Assembly: GCA_043812155.1 (NCBI GenBank)
Contig: JBDRMK010000011.1
Location: 16,111-80,110 of the forward strand
Length of the DNA: 64,000 bases
Direction: 5' to 3'
DNA from: Patescibacteria group bacterium
Lineage (GTDB): Bacteria; Patescibacteriota; Patescibacteriia; JAXHNJ01
Part shown: in pieces, positions 47,476 to 57,328 of the stretch
Layout: each line of letters begins with the position of its first letter
How positions within the stretch are numbered: the first letter of the stretch is position 1
Made by a program: the position numbers and the translations under genes
The notes under the pieces: generated by a model
The model's input: only the letters and a program-made list of their open reading frames with translations
Told to the model about the DNA's origin: nothing
The model's database searches: none

Positions 47476-47898
47476 ATGAAAATCGTAATTAAAGAGAAGT
47501 TTACAGATTTGCTATTTTTAAAATTTATTTCCTTAAAAGATACTTTTTGGGTGATTCATCGTAATAAGAGCATTTATCGGTCAAAAAAAAGGGGAATCGC
47601 GGGATTAGTAATTTTATTAAAACAAAAGAAGAGTATAAAAAGAAAAATAGTTTTTGACAAAGTCGTCGGCCGGGCAGCCGCTTTGCTCCTTGTTTACGCC
47701 GGCGTTTCCGAAGTTCACACTGGACTGATAAGCGAAGAAGCCGTAAAAGTTTTTAAGAAATATAAAATATACCATCAATACGGCAAATTGATAAAAAGAG
47801 TACTTAATCGGGATAAATCGGATGTCTGCCCCTTTGAGAAGATAGCGCAAGGGAAAACTCCGGCCCAGTTTTATAAAATAGTTAAAAACAAATTCTAA
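47476..47898 (+). CDS. hypothetical protein
   Basis: 140 aa, basic; no confident motif. Confidence 0.3.
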   Translation: MKIVIKEKFTDLLFLKFISLKDTFWVIHRNKSIYRSKKRGIAGLVILLKQKKSIKRKIVFDKVVGRAAALLLVYAGVSEVHTGLISEEAVKVFKKYKIYHQYGKLIKRVLNRDKSDVCPFEKIAQGKTPAQFYKIVKNKF

Positions 47899-47900
47899 AT

Positions 47901-50576
47901 ATGTCATTTATCGGGAAAATTTTCGGAGACGGCAATAAGCGGGTTTTAGACAAACTATTGCCGATTTTAGATCAGGTTAATAAATTCGAAGAGAGCGTTA
48001 AAACCTGGCCGGACGCGAAATTCATCCAAAAGACCAATGATTATAAGAGAATACTGGATAAAACTCCGGAAAAGCTGGATGAAATTTTGCCGGAGGCTTT
48101 TGCCATGGTCAGGGAAGCGGCCAAGCGGGCTTTAGGCCAGCGGCATTTTGACATGCAGATTTTAGGCGGCTTGGTCTTGCATCAGGGCAAAATCGCGGAA
48201 ATGAAAACCGGTGAAGGCAAAACTTTAGTCGCTACCGCGCCCCTGTATTTAAACGCTTTGACCGGACAAGGCTGTCATTTAGTCACGGTCAATGATTATT
48301 TGGCTAAGCGCGACTGCGGCTGGATGGGCCCTGTTTATCATTTATTGGGAATAAGTGTGGCTGCCATTGTTCACGAAGAAGCTTTTATCTATGACCCTGA
48401 TTTTGAAAATAAAGAGGCGATCGATCCCAAAGTAAAGCATTTAAAGCCGATTTCCCGGCGGGACGCTTACGCTGCAGATATCACTTACGGCACGAACAAT
48501 GAATTCGGGTTTGATTACCTGCGCGACAACATGGTTCCGGATCTTCCGTATATGGTTCAGCGCGAGCTTAATTACGCCATTGTTGACGAAGTGGACAGTA
48601 TTCTGATTGATGAAGCGCGCACCCCTTTGATCATTTCCGCGCCGGCGGAAGAATCAACTGAAATGTATTATAAATTCAGCCAGCTTATTCCGGAGCTTTC
48701 CGAAGGAACGGATTATAATATTGACGAGAAAATGCGGGCGGCCACTTTGACTGAAGAGGGGATGAATAAAATGGAAAAAAAGCTCGGCCTTTCCAATATT
48801 TACGAAGCGGGCGGTATTGAACTGGTCCATCACATGGAGCAGGCCCTAAAAGCGCACGCTTTGTTTAAAAGAGACCGCGATTACGTGGTAAAAGAAGGAG
48901 AAATCATAATTGTAGATGAATTTACAGGCCGTTTGATGTTCGGCCGCCGCTATTCCGAGGGCTTGCACCAGGCGATTGAAGCTAAGGAAAACGTGGAAAT
49001 TAAGAAGGAAAGCCAGACTTTAGCCACTATTTCTTTTCAAAATTACTTTCGCATATATAAAAAACTGGCCGGCATGACCGGCACGGCCGCCACTGAAGCG
49101 GAGGAATTTCATAAAATATATAATCTCGAGGTTATTGTCGTGCCCACTAACAAGCCGATGATAAGGAAAGACTCAAATGACAGCATCTATAAATCGGAAA
49201 AAGGCAAATTTGTGGCTATTGTCCGGGAGATCAAGCGCCGGCATGAGATTGGCCAGCCGGTTTTGGTCGGAACTATTTCTATTGAAAAAAATGAGCTGCT
49301 GGCGGAATTGCTGGAGCGTGAAGGCATCCCTCATAATGTCCTAAACGCCAAACAGCACGAAAAAGAAGCCCAGTTTATCGCCCAGGCCGGAAAATTAGGG
49401 GCGGTCACCGTGGCGACTAATATGGCCGGCCGCGGCGTGGACATAGTCTTGGGCGGCAATCCGTTTGATGAGGAAGAAGCAAAAAAAGTGAAAGAGATCG
49501 GCGGGCTCCATGTCTTGGGCACGGAAAGGCACGAATCAAGGCGGATTGACAACCAGTTGCGCGGCCGGACTGGCCGCCAGGGCGATCCCGGTTCTTCCCA
49601 GTTTTTTATTTCTCTGGAAGACGATCTGATGCGCATCTTCGGTTCGGGCCGGATGAAGTCATTTATGGATCGTTTGGGCGTGCCCGATGATATGCCCATT
49701 GAAAACAAGATGATTTCCCGTTCCATTGAATCAGCCCAGAAAAAAGTGGAAGGCAATAACTTTGATATCCGTAAGCACCTTGTGGAATATGACGATGTCA
49801 TGAATAAACACCGCGAAGTGATATATAAGAAGCGCCGCGAGATGCTGGAGACAAAAGTTGAGGACTTGAGAAAAACCATATTAAAAATGGTGGAAGATGA
49901 AGTGGAGCAAGTCGTTTCATTTCATACTTCTTCCGAAGATGAGCGGACTTGGAATCTGGATGAAATTTATGAAGTGGTGGATACGATTTTTCCTGTTCCG
50001 CTTTCCACTCGGGTAAAGCTTGAGGATATTCGCCAGAAAGCCGGTGACAAGGCGGCCGACGCCCGCTCGCGCACGGCGATCATTAAATATCTGCTGGAAT
50101 TATCGAATAAAGCTTATGATCATATGGTTGAACACATCAATGATGCAAACTTCATGCACCAGATAGAAAGAGGAATTATTTTGCGGACGATTGACAGTTT
50201 ATGGATCGAGCACCTGGACCAGATGAATTATCTGCGGACTGGCATCGGTCTGCGCGGTTACGGCCAGCAGGATCCGCTGGTGGAATATAAAAAAGAAGCT
50301 TTTCAGATGTTTACTCAGCTGATGAACAATATCAACGCCCAGATTGTTTACAGTATTTTTAAAATCACTTTAGCCCAGAAGATGGCGCCTTCGCCAATGC
50401 AGCGTGATAATATTTCAGTGACGGCTCCGGCCAAAGTCAGTGTTGAAAAAAATACAAATGTTTTGCCTGATAATATAAAAACAGTCGCCAAAGAAACGAC
50501 CGGCAACAAAGTCGGACGTAATGATCCTTGTCCATGTGGTTCAGGTAAAAAGTATAAGCGATGCCACGGCGCTTGA
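47901..50576 (+). CDS. secA: preprotein translocase ATPase SecA
   Basis: full-length SecA incl. ..[12 protein letters not shown].. Walker A and C-terminal zinc finger [14 protein letters not shown]. Confidence 0.95.
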   Translation: MSFIGKIFGDGNKRVLDKLLPILDQVNKFEESVKTWPDAKFIQKTNDYKRILDKTPEKLDEILPEAFAMVREAAKRALGQRHFDMQILGGLVLHQGKIAEMKTGEGKTLVATAPLYLNALTGQGCHLVTVNDYLAKRDCGWMGPVYHLLGISVAAIVHEEAFIYDPDFENKEAIDPKVKHLKPISRRDAYAADITYGTNNEFGFDYLRDNMVPDLPYMVQRELNYAIVDEVDSILIDEARTPLIISAPAEESTEMYYKFSQLIPELSEGTDYNIDEKMRAATLTEEGMNKMEKKLGLSNIYEAGGIELVHHMEQALKAHALFKRDRDYVVKEGEIIIVDEFTGRLMFGRRYSEGLHQAIEAKENVEIKKESQTLATISFQNYFRIYKKLAGMTGTAATEAEEFHKIYNLEVIVVPTNKPMIRKDSNDSIYKSEKGKFVAIVREIKRRHEIGQPVLVGTISIEKNELLAELLEREGIPHNVLNAKQHEKEAQFIAQAGKLGAVTVATNMAGRGVDIVLGGNPFDEEEAKKVKEIGGLHVLGTERHESRRIDNQLRGRTGRQGDPGSSQFFISLEDDLMRIFGSGRMKSFMDRLGVPDDMPIENKMISRSIESAQKKVEGNNFDIRKHLVEYDDVMNKHREVIYKKRREMLETKVEDLRKTILKMVEDEVEQVVSFHTSSEDERTWNLDEIYEVVDTIFPVPLSTRVKLEDIRQKAGDKAADARSRTAIIKYLLELSNKAYDHMVEHINDANFMHQIERGIILRTIDSLWIEHLDQMNYLRTGIGLRGYGQQDPLVEYKKEAFQMFTQLMNNINAQIVYSIFKITLAQKMAPSPMQRDNISVTAPAKVSVEKNTNVLPDNIKTVAKETTGNKVGRNDPCPCGSGKKYKRCHGA

Positions 50577-50582
50577 CATTGC

Positions 50583-51221
50583 TTGAAATTCCGTCGCTCG
50601 CTCCATATAAAAAAAGTTTTCATACGGGGCTCGCTAGGAATTATAAAAAGTGCTGTGGAAAATGAAAAAATCACAGAAAAAAATTTGATATATTTTATAA
50701 CCGGAAATAAGAATAAACTCAAAGAAGTAAAATTGATTCTGCCAGGCGTGGAGCAATTAGATATTGACTTGCCGGAAATTCAAGAGATTGAAGGGAAGAA
50801 AATAATAGAAAATAAATTATCAGAGGCCTTTAATCACGCGAATGGAGAATTTATAGTGGAAGACACTTCCCTATATTTAAATTGTCTTAAGGGATTACCC
50901 GGACCTTATATTAAATGGTTTTTAAGAACTATCGGTCGAGATGGTTTGGCGGAAATAGCGGAAAAATATGGTGATGACCGAGCCGAAGCAAAAACAATTA
51001 TTGGTTACGCTAAAAACCGCAAAGAAATATATTTTTTTGAAGGGGCCGTAAAAGGAAGAATCGTTAGGCCAAGAGGGGAATCCGATTTCGGCTGGGACCC
51101 GATATTTTTACCGGACGGTCATGATATAACATTCGCCGAAATGAGCCGCGAAGAAAAGACCGAAATAAGCATGAGAAGAAAAGCGCTGAATAAGCTTGAT
51201 GAATTTCTGCGAAAGCAATAA
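50583..51221 (+). CDS. rdgB: non-canonical purine NTP pyrophosphatase (Ham1/RdgB/ITPase)
   Basis: ..IYFITGNKNKLKE.., ..FGWDPIF.. ; N-terminal ~25 aa may be over-extension. Confidence 0.75.
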   Translation: MKFRRSLHIKKVFIRGSLGIIKSAVENEKITEKNLIYFITGNKNKLKEVKLILPGVEQLDIDLPEIQEIEGKKIIENKLSEAFNHANGEFIVEDTSLYLNCLKGLPGPYIKWFLRTIGRDGLAEIAEKYGDDRAEAKTIIGYAKNRKEIYFFEGAVKGRIVRPRGESDFGWDPIFLPDGHDITFAEMSREEKTEISMRRKALNKLDEFLRKQ

Positions 51222-51416
51222 AATACAATCCATTAAGAATAAAAACCGCTTTTTATCCGGAAGACGGGGCGTTGTATTAAAGATATATTTTTGATCGAAA
51301 CAGTAAGGCAAAAGATATTCCGGCCCATTTTTGTCTTGACAAACCCCGAAAAATGTGCTAATATTAAGATATAGTTCCTTACATCAGGAAAAACAAAAAT
51401 CAAAAACACAAAAAAG

Positions 51417-51477
51417 GCCAGAGGCCTTTATTTACCTCTGGTATAAAAAATACCAAAAAGTAATACGGCCTCTGGCC
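51417..51477. repeat. inverted repeat GGCCAGAGGCC ... GGCCTCTGGCC with internal hairpin TGGTAtaaaaaaTACCA
   Basis: seen in sequence; could act as bidirectional terminator. Confidence 0.4.
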
Positions 51478-51517
51478 CTCACCTTGTGTCATTTTCCTGA
51501 TTTAAAACAAAAACAAA

Positions 51518-52942
51518 ATGGCTAAAAATAAATATCAAATCAGTTTTTGGTATATCATAATCCTATTTTTCGGGGTTATTTTTTTTGCTCCAAAAATTTC
51601 TTTAGCCGTCAATACTATTGTTCCGGAAGTAAAAATCTTCAGTGATAGTCAGCAGGTCAAGAGCTTTTACGGTTTTGACCTGGGTTTCCGCGGCGGCGTG
51701 AGAGTGGCGTCTGGCGATGTGGACGGCGATAACGTGGATGAAATAATCGTCGGAGCAGGCGCAGGCGGGGGACCGAATGTTCAGATCTTCAAGGGAGACG
51801 GAAAAAAGATAAAAAGTTTTTTGGCATATGACAGGAATTTTAGAAAAGGGATTAAAGTGGCGGCCTGTGATATTGATAATGATAATGTTGACGAAATAAT
51901 TACAGCTCCCGGTCAGGGGGGCGGGCCGAACGTGAAAATTTTTAAAGCCGACGGTACTCAGCTTCTCAGTTTTATGGCTTATGGTTCAAGCTTTCGCGGC
52001 GGCGTCAATGTGGCTTGTGGGGATATAATCGGCGACAGCCAGCCAGAAATCGTGACCGGGCCTGGAATCGGTGGCGGACCTCAGGTAAGAGTTTTTAACG
52101 CGTCCGGACAAAGTTTAAATTTAGATATCTGGCCCTTTGAATTTAAGCATCAGGGTGGAGTCAATGTGGCGGTCGGAAATTTTACGGGCGATTTTAAAAT
52201 GGAAATCGCGGTAACGGTTCAGAAATTGGGCAAACCGGTGATTGAAGTTTATGATAATTTAAAAAATAAGATCGCTGGCTTTTACGCTTTTAACTCAGAT
52301 TTTCACGGGGGAGTAAATTTGGCGGCCGGGGATTTGGACGTTGATGGTTTCGACGAAATTATCGCCGCGGCGGGTGATTCCGGCGGGCCCCAAGTCATTA
52401 TTTTTAAATATAACGGAAAAAAATTACCCGGAAGCTTTTTCCCTTACCCTAAGGATTTTAAGGGCGGAGTTTTTCCGGCGGCGGGTGACGTCAATGGTGA
52501 CTTAAAAATTGAAGTAGTGACCGGTCCGGGTTTTATGCCGGATACGCGTTATTCCTACTACCAAAAATATTTGGATGTGAATTTAACCGAACAAAAATTG
52601 TCGCTGTACGAAAATGGGGTAGTCTTGGGCGTTTATACGATTTCTTCAGGTAAACCCGGAATGGATACTCCGCAAGGAATTTTCAAGGTTATGAGTAAAA
52701 GTCCTAACGCTTATTCAAAAAAATACGCTTTATACATGCCGTATTGGATGCAGTTCACCGGGCAAGGCCACGGTCTTCATGGTTTGCCCTATTGGAAATT
52801 AAGAGGAGGCGGAGTGATTAAAGAAGGCGTCAATCATTTGGGCATCCGCGTTTCCCATGGCTGCGTCCGACTTTCTTGGGAAGCGGCGGAAAAGGTTTAC
52901 AATGAAGTGGAAATCGGTACACCGGTCATTGTTCATAGCTAA
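51518..52942 (+). CDS. secreted FG-GAP-repeat beta-propeller fused to C-terminal L,D-transpeptidase (YkuD) domain
   Basis: signal peptide; ~7 repeats ..FRGGVxVAxGDxDGDxVDEIIxxxGxGGGPxVxIF..; C-terminal ..HGLHGLP..GIRVSHGCVRLS.. Confidence 0.7.
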   Translation: MAKNKYQISFWYIIILFFGVIFFAPKISLAVNTIVPEVKIFSDSQQVKSFYGFDLGFRGGVRVASGDVDGDNVDEIIVGAGAGGGPNVQIFKGDGKKIKSFLAYDRNFRKGIKVAACDIDNDNVDEIITAPGQGGGPNVKIFKADGTQLLSFMAYGSSFRGGVNVACGDIIGDSQPEIVTGPGIGGGPQVRVFNASGQSLNLDIWPFEFKHQGGVNVAVGNFTGDFKMEIAVTVQKLGKPVIEVYDNLKNKIAGFYAFNSDFHGGVNLAAGDLDVDGFDEIIAAAGDSGGPQVIIFKYNGKKLPGSFFPYPKDFKGGVFPAAGDVNGDLKIEVVTGPGFMPDTRYSYYQKYLDVNLTEQKLSLYENGVVLGVYTISSGKPGMDTPQGIFKVMSKSPNAYSKKYALYMPYWMQFTGQGHGLHGLPYWKLRGGGVIKEGVNHLGIRVSHGCVRLSWEAAEKVYNEVEIGTPVIVHS

Positions 52943-52967
52943 ATAGCTGATCCATATATTTATAATA

Positions 52968-52990
52968 AACGCTTTTTAGCGTTATTTTTA
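52968..52990 (+). terminator. rho-independent terminator AACGCTttttAGCGTTATTTTTA
   Basis: 6-bp stem plus U-run. Confidence 0.55.
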
Positions 52991-52995
52991 TATCC

Positions 52996-53024
52996 TTGAC
53001 TTTGCATTCTTATCACAGTATATT
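52996..53024 (+). promoter_or_regulatory. sigma70-like promoter TTGACT-17-TATATT driving heliorhodopsin gene
   Basis: seen in sequence, 22 nt upstream of start. Confidence 0.5.
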
Positions 53025-53045
53025 TTAAATGAAAGGAAAACATTT

Positions 53046-53831
53046 ATGGAACAGCCATTAATATCGAATGAAGAGAAAAAATTTAAAAATTTGCGGATTT
53101 TTAACTTAGTTATGGCCATTTTCCACGCGGTTCAAGGGGTATTAATGCTGGTATTAAGCTCAAGTTTTGCCTTGCCTGTGACTACCGCTTTTGTGAAATT
53201 CAGCCCGGCTTCTGGCAAACTAGAGCCATTTTTAAATACCGCCTTTAATCTTAAGATTGGACCGCTGGTCGCCGCATTTCTTTTTCTTTCCGCCCTAGCC
53301 CATTTATCCGTTTCCACTTTTTTATATCGCTGGTATGTGGATAATTTGAAGAAAGGCATGAATTTAGCTCGCTGGATCGAGTATTCTTTCAGCGCTTCCT
53401 TGATGATCGTCGTAATTTCCATGCTGGTCGGTATTTATGATGGAGTAAGTCTTATACTTTTATTCTTTTTGAATATGATGATGATCCTATTCGGCTGGAT
53501 AATGGAGTTGCATAATCAAACGACCAGCAAGACCAATTGGACCTCGTTCATTTTCGGCTGCCTGGCCGGCGCCATCCCTTGGGTGGCGGTGGGGTTGTAT
53601 TTATTCGGTTCCGGTTCGCCCGGCGCAAAACCGCCGACGTTCGTCTATTGGATATTTTTCTCTATTTTTCTCTTTTTCAATGTCTTTGCCATTAATATGG
53701 TTTTGCAGTATAAAAAAACCGGGAAGTGGCGTGATTATCTACACGGAGAGAAGGTTTATATTATATTAAGTCTGGTCGCCAAATCACTGCTGGCCTGGCA
53801 GGTTTGGGCCGGAACATTAAGACCAGTATAA
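53046..53831 (+). CDS. heliorhodopsin (7-TM retinal protein, inverted topology family)
   Basis: near-collinear match to heliorhodopsin hallmarks: ..RIFNLVMAIFHAVQGVLMLVLSSSFALP.., ..RWIEYSFSASLMIVVIS.., ..MILFGWIMEL.., ..FGCLAGAIPW.., ..VLQYKKTGKWRDYLHGEKVYIILSLVAKSLLAWQVWAGTL.. (Schiff-base Lys in SLVAKS). Confidence 0.85.
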   Translation: MEQPLISNEEKKFKNLRIFNLVMAIFHAVQGVLMLVLSSSFALPVTTAFVKFSPASGKLEPFLNTAFNLKIGPLVAAFLFLSALAHLSVSTFLYRWYVDNLKKGMNLARWIEYSFSASLMIVVISMLVGIYDGVSLILLFFLNMMMILFGWIMELHNQTTSKTNWTSFIFGCLAGAIPWVAVGLYLFGSGSPGAKPPTFVYWIFFSIFLFFNVFAINMVLQYKKTGKWRDYLHGEKVYIILSLVAKSLLAWQVWAGTLRPV

Positions 53832-53836
53832 AAAAT

Positions 53837-54475
53837 ATGAAGAAAAAATACATTACAATCATTATTGTAATAGTGGCTATCGGCGGATTTTTATTACTTG
53901 CTCGGGTGATAACCGGCGAAGACGTTTGGCTGTGCGTTAACGGAAGCTGGCAAAAACATGGCCAGCCTTCTTCTCAAATGCCGACCAGCGGTTGTGGCAA
54001 TGAACAGATTGAGGAAAATATTAATACAAATTCAGGTATCTCTAGTTTTGAAGAATGTATAGAGGCGGGTAATCTTATTCAGGAAAGCTATCCGCGCCGT
54101 TGCACCGCAGACGACGGGGCGTCCTTTACAGAAGATATCGGCAACGAATTAGATAAGCAGGACATAATTAAAATAACCTCACCTCGGCCGAATGAAAAGA
54201 TTGCCAGCCCGCTGGTTATCATTGGCGAAGCCAAAGGGACGTGGTATTTTGAAGGGATATTTTCCATAAAACTATTTGACGAAGATAACAATATTATCGC
54301 CACGGCTAATGCTCAAAGCCAGGAAGATTGGATGTCCGAGGATTTTGTCAGTTATAAAGCGACATTGGAGTTTACTGCTCCTTCCGAGGGGAAAGGATCG
54401 CTCATTTTAGAGAAAAGCAATCCTTCGGGCTTGAATCAAAATGCGGATCAGTTAGTTGTGCCGATTACATTCTAG
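53837..54475 (+). CDS. membrane-anchored extracytoplasmic protein: Cys-rich module plus Gmad2-type Ig-like domain; likely co-transcribed with heliorhodopsin
   Basis: N-terminal TM (MKKKYITIIIVIVAIGGFLLL), 6 Cys, C-terminal ..ITSPRPNEKIASPLVIIGEAKGTWYFEGIF.. Gmad2-like; 5-bp gap after upstream stop. Confidence 0.5.
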   Translation: MKKKYITIIIVIVAIGGFLLLARVITGEDVWLCVNGSWQKHGQPSSQMPTSGCGNEQIEENINTNSGISSFEECIEAGNLIQESYPRRCTADDGASFTEDIGNELDKQDIIKITSPRPNEKIASPLVIIGEAKGTWYFEGIFSIKLFDEDNNIIATANAQSQEDWMSEDFVSYKATLEFTAPSEGKGSLILEKSNPSGLNQNADQLVVPITF

Positions 54476-54571
54476 TATTATTTAATTAGATAAGGGGCGG
54501 ATAATTTATTAGTAATTAAGGGAAATAGACTGTTTTGGTCCCATTTTTCTCGGATGGTTCCATATTTTATA

Positions 54572-54600
54572 TTGTCAAAATTAATAATATGCCTTATAAT
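54572..54600 (+). promoter_or_regulatory. sigma70-like promoter TTGTCA-17-TATAAT upstream of secD
   Basis: seen in sequence. Confidence 0.45.
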
Positions 54601-54611
54601 AAATACTAATT

Positions 54612-56294
54612 ATGTCCATTCGCAGAAAAGTCTGGCTCACCTTTATTGGAATTATTATCCTGGCTGTTTTGGCCGGGTTTGTTGATTATCCTAAAGGCCC
54701 GAATATCAGAATTGGCTCATATTTTAAGGAAATTAAAGTTCATTTAGGCCTGGATCTATCCGGCGGAACCAGCTTGGTTTATCAAGCGGATACTTCCAAT
54801 ATTCCCGAAGGCGATAAGGCTTCCGCTCTGGAGGGGGTAAGAGATGTTATTGAAAGAAGAGTCAATACTTTCGGAGTGTCTGAACCGGTTATCCAAACCA
54901 ATAAGTCCGGCGAAAATTGGCGGGTGGTAGTTGAATTGCCGGGAGTGACAGATATTAAAGAAGCGATCCAAAGAATCGGAGAAACGCCTCTTTTGGAATT
55001 TAAAGAAGAAGCGCCGCCGGTCGTTTTAACCGACGAACAAAATAAAGAAATAGCGGATTATAATATCCAGGCCAAAAAGAAGGCGGAGGAAGTATTGGCC
55101 CTCGCTTTAAAAAGCGGCGCCGATTTTAGCGCTCTCGCCAGCGAATACAGTGAGGATCCGGGCAGTAAGGATCAGGGCGGGGATTTGGGCTTTTTTAACG
55201 AAGGGGATATGGTGGCGGAATTTAATGATGTTTCTTTTAATAAAGCTCAAAAAGGAGTAGTTTATCCGGAGCTAGTGGAGACAGTATATGGTTACCATAT
55301 TATTTTAAAAACTGACGAAAAGGAAACAGACGGCGTAAAAGAGGCGCGAGCTTCGCATATCCTAATTTTGAAAAAAAGCGAGGCTGATTATCAGACTGGG
55401 GGAGCATATGTTGATACCGGCCTTTCCGGCCAGCAATTAAAAAGAGCTTACGTGGAATTTGATAATCAAACAGGCGTTCCGACCGTGGGTTTGGAATTTA
55501 ATGATGAAGGCAAGAATTTATTTGCGGATATCACAGAGAGAAATATCGGGAAAATCGTCGCCATTTATCTGGATGGTTCCCCGATTTCTTTGCCTACGGT
55601 GAATGATAAAATCGCGGACGGACGGGCGGTTATCAGTGGAACATTTAGTTTAGATGAAGCCAAGACTCTGGCTCAGCGTCTGAATTCCGGCGCCTTGCCC
55701 GTTCCCATAACTTTGATCAGTCAGCAGAATATTGGCGCGACATTAGGCAAGATCTCGGTCCAGAAAAGCTTATTCGCCGGTCTGATCGGCCTTTTAGCCG
55801 TGGCTGTTTTTATGATATTTTTTTACCGCTTACCCGGCTTGCTTTCCGTATTAGCGCTTTTAAATTACACATTAATTGTCTTAGCGATTTTTAAACTTTG
55901 GCCGGTCACGATGACTTTGGCTGGAGTGGCGGGTTTTATCCTTTCTATCGGCATCGCGGTGGATGCCAATATTTTGATTTTTGAGCGCATTAAGGAAGAA
56001 TTACGCAGCGGAAAGCCTTTGGATTTAGCGGTGGAAGAAGGTTTTAAGCGGGCCTGGCTCTCAATAAGAGATTCCAATGTTTCTTCAATTATCACCTGCA
56101 TAATTCTGGCCTGGTTTGGCACCAGCCTTATTAAAGGATTTGCTATTACTTTAGCCATCGGTATTTTGGTTTCCATGTTTTCGGCGATCACTGTCTCCCG
56201 GACTTTTTTAAGATTAATCGTCGGGCCGCGGCTTTCTAAGCATTTGGCCTGGTTTGGAGTTAAACCCGATAATTCTTGGGAAAAAAATGTTTAA
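54612..56294 (+). CDS. secD: protein translocase subunit SecD carrying an inserted parvulin-type PPIase domain (approx. nt 55014-55317)
   Basis: SecD N-TM, P1 head (..IVAIYLDGSPISLPTV..GRAVISGTFS..), RND-like 6 TM C-terminus; insert ..ALKSGADFSALASEYSEDPGSKDQGGDLGFF..VYGYHIILKTD.. = parvulin signature. Confidence 0.85.
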   Translation: MSIRRKVWLTFIGIIILAVLAGFVDYPKGPNIRIGSYFKEIKVHLGLDLSGGTSLVYQADTSNIPEGDKASALEGVRDVIERRVNTFGVSEPVIQTNKSGENWRVVVELPGVTDIKEAIQRIGETPLLEFKEEAPPVVLTDEQNKEIADYNIQAKKKAEEVLALALKSGADFSALASEYSEDPGSKDQGGDLGFFNEGDMVAEFNDVSFNKAQKGVVYPELVETVYGYHIILKTDEKETDGVKEARASHILILKKSEADYQTGGAYVDTGLSGQQLKRAYVEFDNQTGVPTVGLEFNDEGKNLFADITERNIGKIVAIYLDGSPISLPTVNDKIADGRAVISGTFSLDEAKTLAQRLNSGALPVPITLISQQNIGATLGKISVQKSLFAGLIGLLAVAVFMIFFYRLPGLLSVLALLNYTLIVLAIFKLWPVTMTLAGVAGFILSIGIAVDANILIFERIKEELRSGKPLDLAVEEGFKRAWLSIRDSNVSSIITCIILAWFGTSLIKGFAITLAIGILVSMFSAITVSRTFLRLIVGPRLSKHLAWFGVKPDNSWEKNV

Positions 56295-57177
56295 TATTAT
56301 TCAAAAAAGAAATTTTTGGTTTTCATTTTCCGGAGTCCTTATAATTATCGCCCTCACCTTTATTTTTATGGGCGGACTTAAGTTTGGCATCGATTTTACC
56401 GGCGGTGCTCTCTTGCAAGTGGAGTTTACCGGAGAAAGGCCGACCGTGGCTAGCGTCCAAGAAAATCTGGCTAAACTGGATATCGGCACCATCCAGATCC
56501 AAAATGCCGGCGAAAAGGATATGGTTTTTAAAATGAAAGGCATAACTAATGATCAGAGAATGTCCGTAATTGAAAATATACAGAATCTTAGTCCGGTTCA
56601 GGAAAAGACATTTGACGCTATTGGACCAATTATCGGCCAAGAACTGAAACAAAAAGCGATATACGCCATTATTCTCGTTATCGTTGGTATTATTGTTTAC
56701 CTGAGTTGGGCCTTTCGTAAGATTTCTTCTTATCGTGTTTCCAGCTGGGTGTTTGGATTGAACGCCGTTATTGCCTTAATCCACGACATTCTTATTACCA
56801 CCGGTTTTTTTGCCGTCTTAGGCTATTTCTTTAAAGTTGAAATTGACAGCCTTTTTGTCACTGCGTTGCTCACCATTTTAGGTTTTTCAGTCCATGATAC
56901 CATTGTCGTTTTTGACCGGATAAGAGAGGGGATAAAGCGCGACTATTCCTCTTCCTTTGAAATAATTATTAACCGCAGTATTAATGAAACGATAATTCGT
57001 TCCCTTAATACGACCATAACGACCTTGCTTGTTTTAGTCGCTTTATTTCTTTTTGGCGGCGAATCAATTAAATATTTTATTTTGGCTTTAATATTCGGTA
57101 TTATTATCGGGACATACTCTTCTATTTTTATTGCTTCCCCCTTGCTTTTAGTTTGGAATCGTTTTAAAAGGCGTTAA
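56287..57177 (+). CDS. secF: protein translocase subunit SecF (start at MFNIIQK, overlapping secD stop)
   Basis: ..GIDFTGG.. and 6-TM SecF architecture. Confidence 0.85.
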   Translation: MFNIIQKRNFWFSFSGVLIIIALTFIFMGGLKFGIDFTGGALLQVEFTGERPTVASVQENLAKLDIGTIQIQNAGEKDMVFKMKGITNDQRMSVIENIQNLSPVQEKTFDAIGPIIGQELKQKAIYAIILVIVGIIVYLSWAFRKISSYRVSSWVFGLNAVIALIHDILITTGFFAVLGYFFKVEIDSLFVTALLTILGFSVHDTIVVFDRIREGIKRDYSSSFEIIINRSINETIIRSLNTTITTLLVLVALFLFGGESIKYFILALIFGIIIGTYSSIFIASPLLLVWNRFKRR

Positions 57178-57201
57178 TTATTAAACAATAAATCATTAAA
57201 A

Positions 57202-57226
57202 TTGCCAAACGGCAAGTTTTGTTTTG
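57202..57226 (+). terminator. hairpin TTGCCaaacGGCAA followed by U-rich tract
   Basis: seen in sequence. Confidence 0.4.
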
Positions 57227-57238
57227 TAATTATAATCT

Positions 57239-57267
57239 TGACAATATGGCAAAAGTATGCTATATTA
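57239..57267 (+). promoter_or_regulatory. sigma70-like promoter TTGACA-17-TATATT
   Basis: seen in sequence. Confidence 0.45.
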
Positions 57268-57328
57268 TAGATAGATATGGCTAAATAAAGGAATAAATAA
57301 TATGAATATTTATTAAATTATCAATATT

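Noticed and set aside
50583-50660. N-terminal 25 residues of rdgB (MKFRRSLHIKKVFIRGSLGIIKSAV)
   Set aside because: Not typical of Ham1 proteins. Possibly over-extension with the real start at GTG ~50655. Left as is because no start can be confirmed without alignment.
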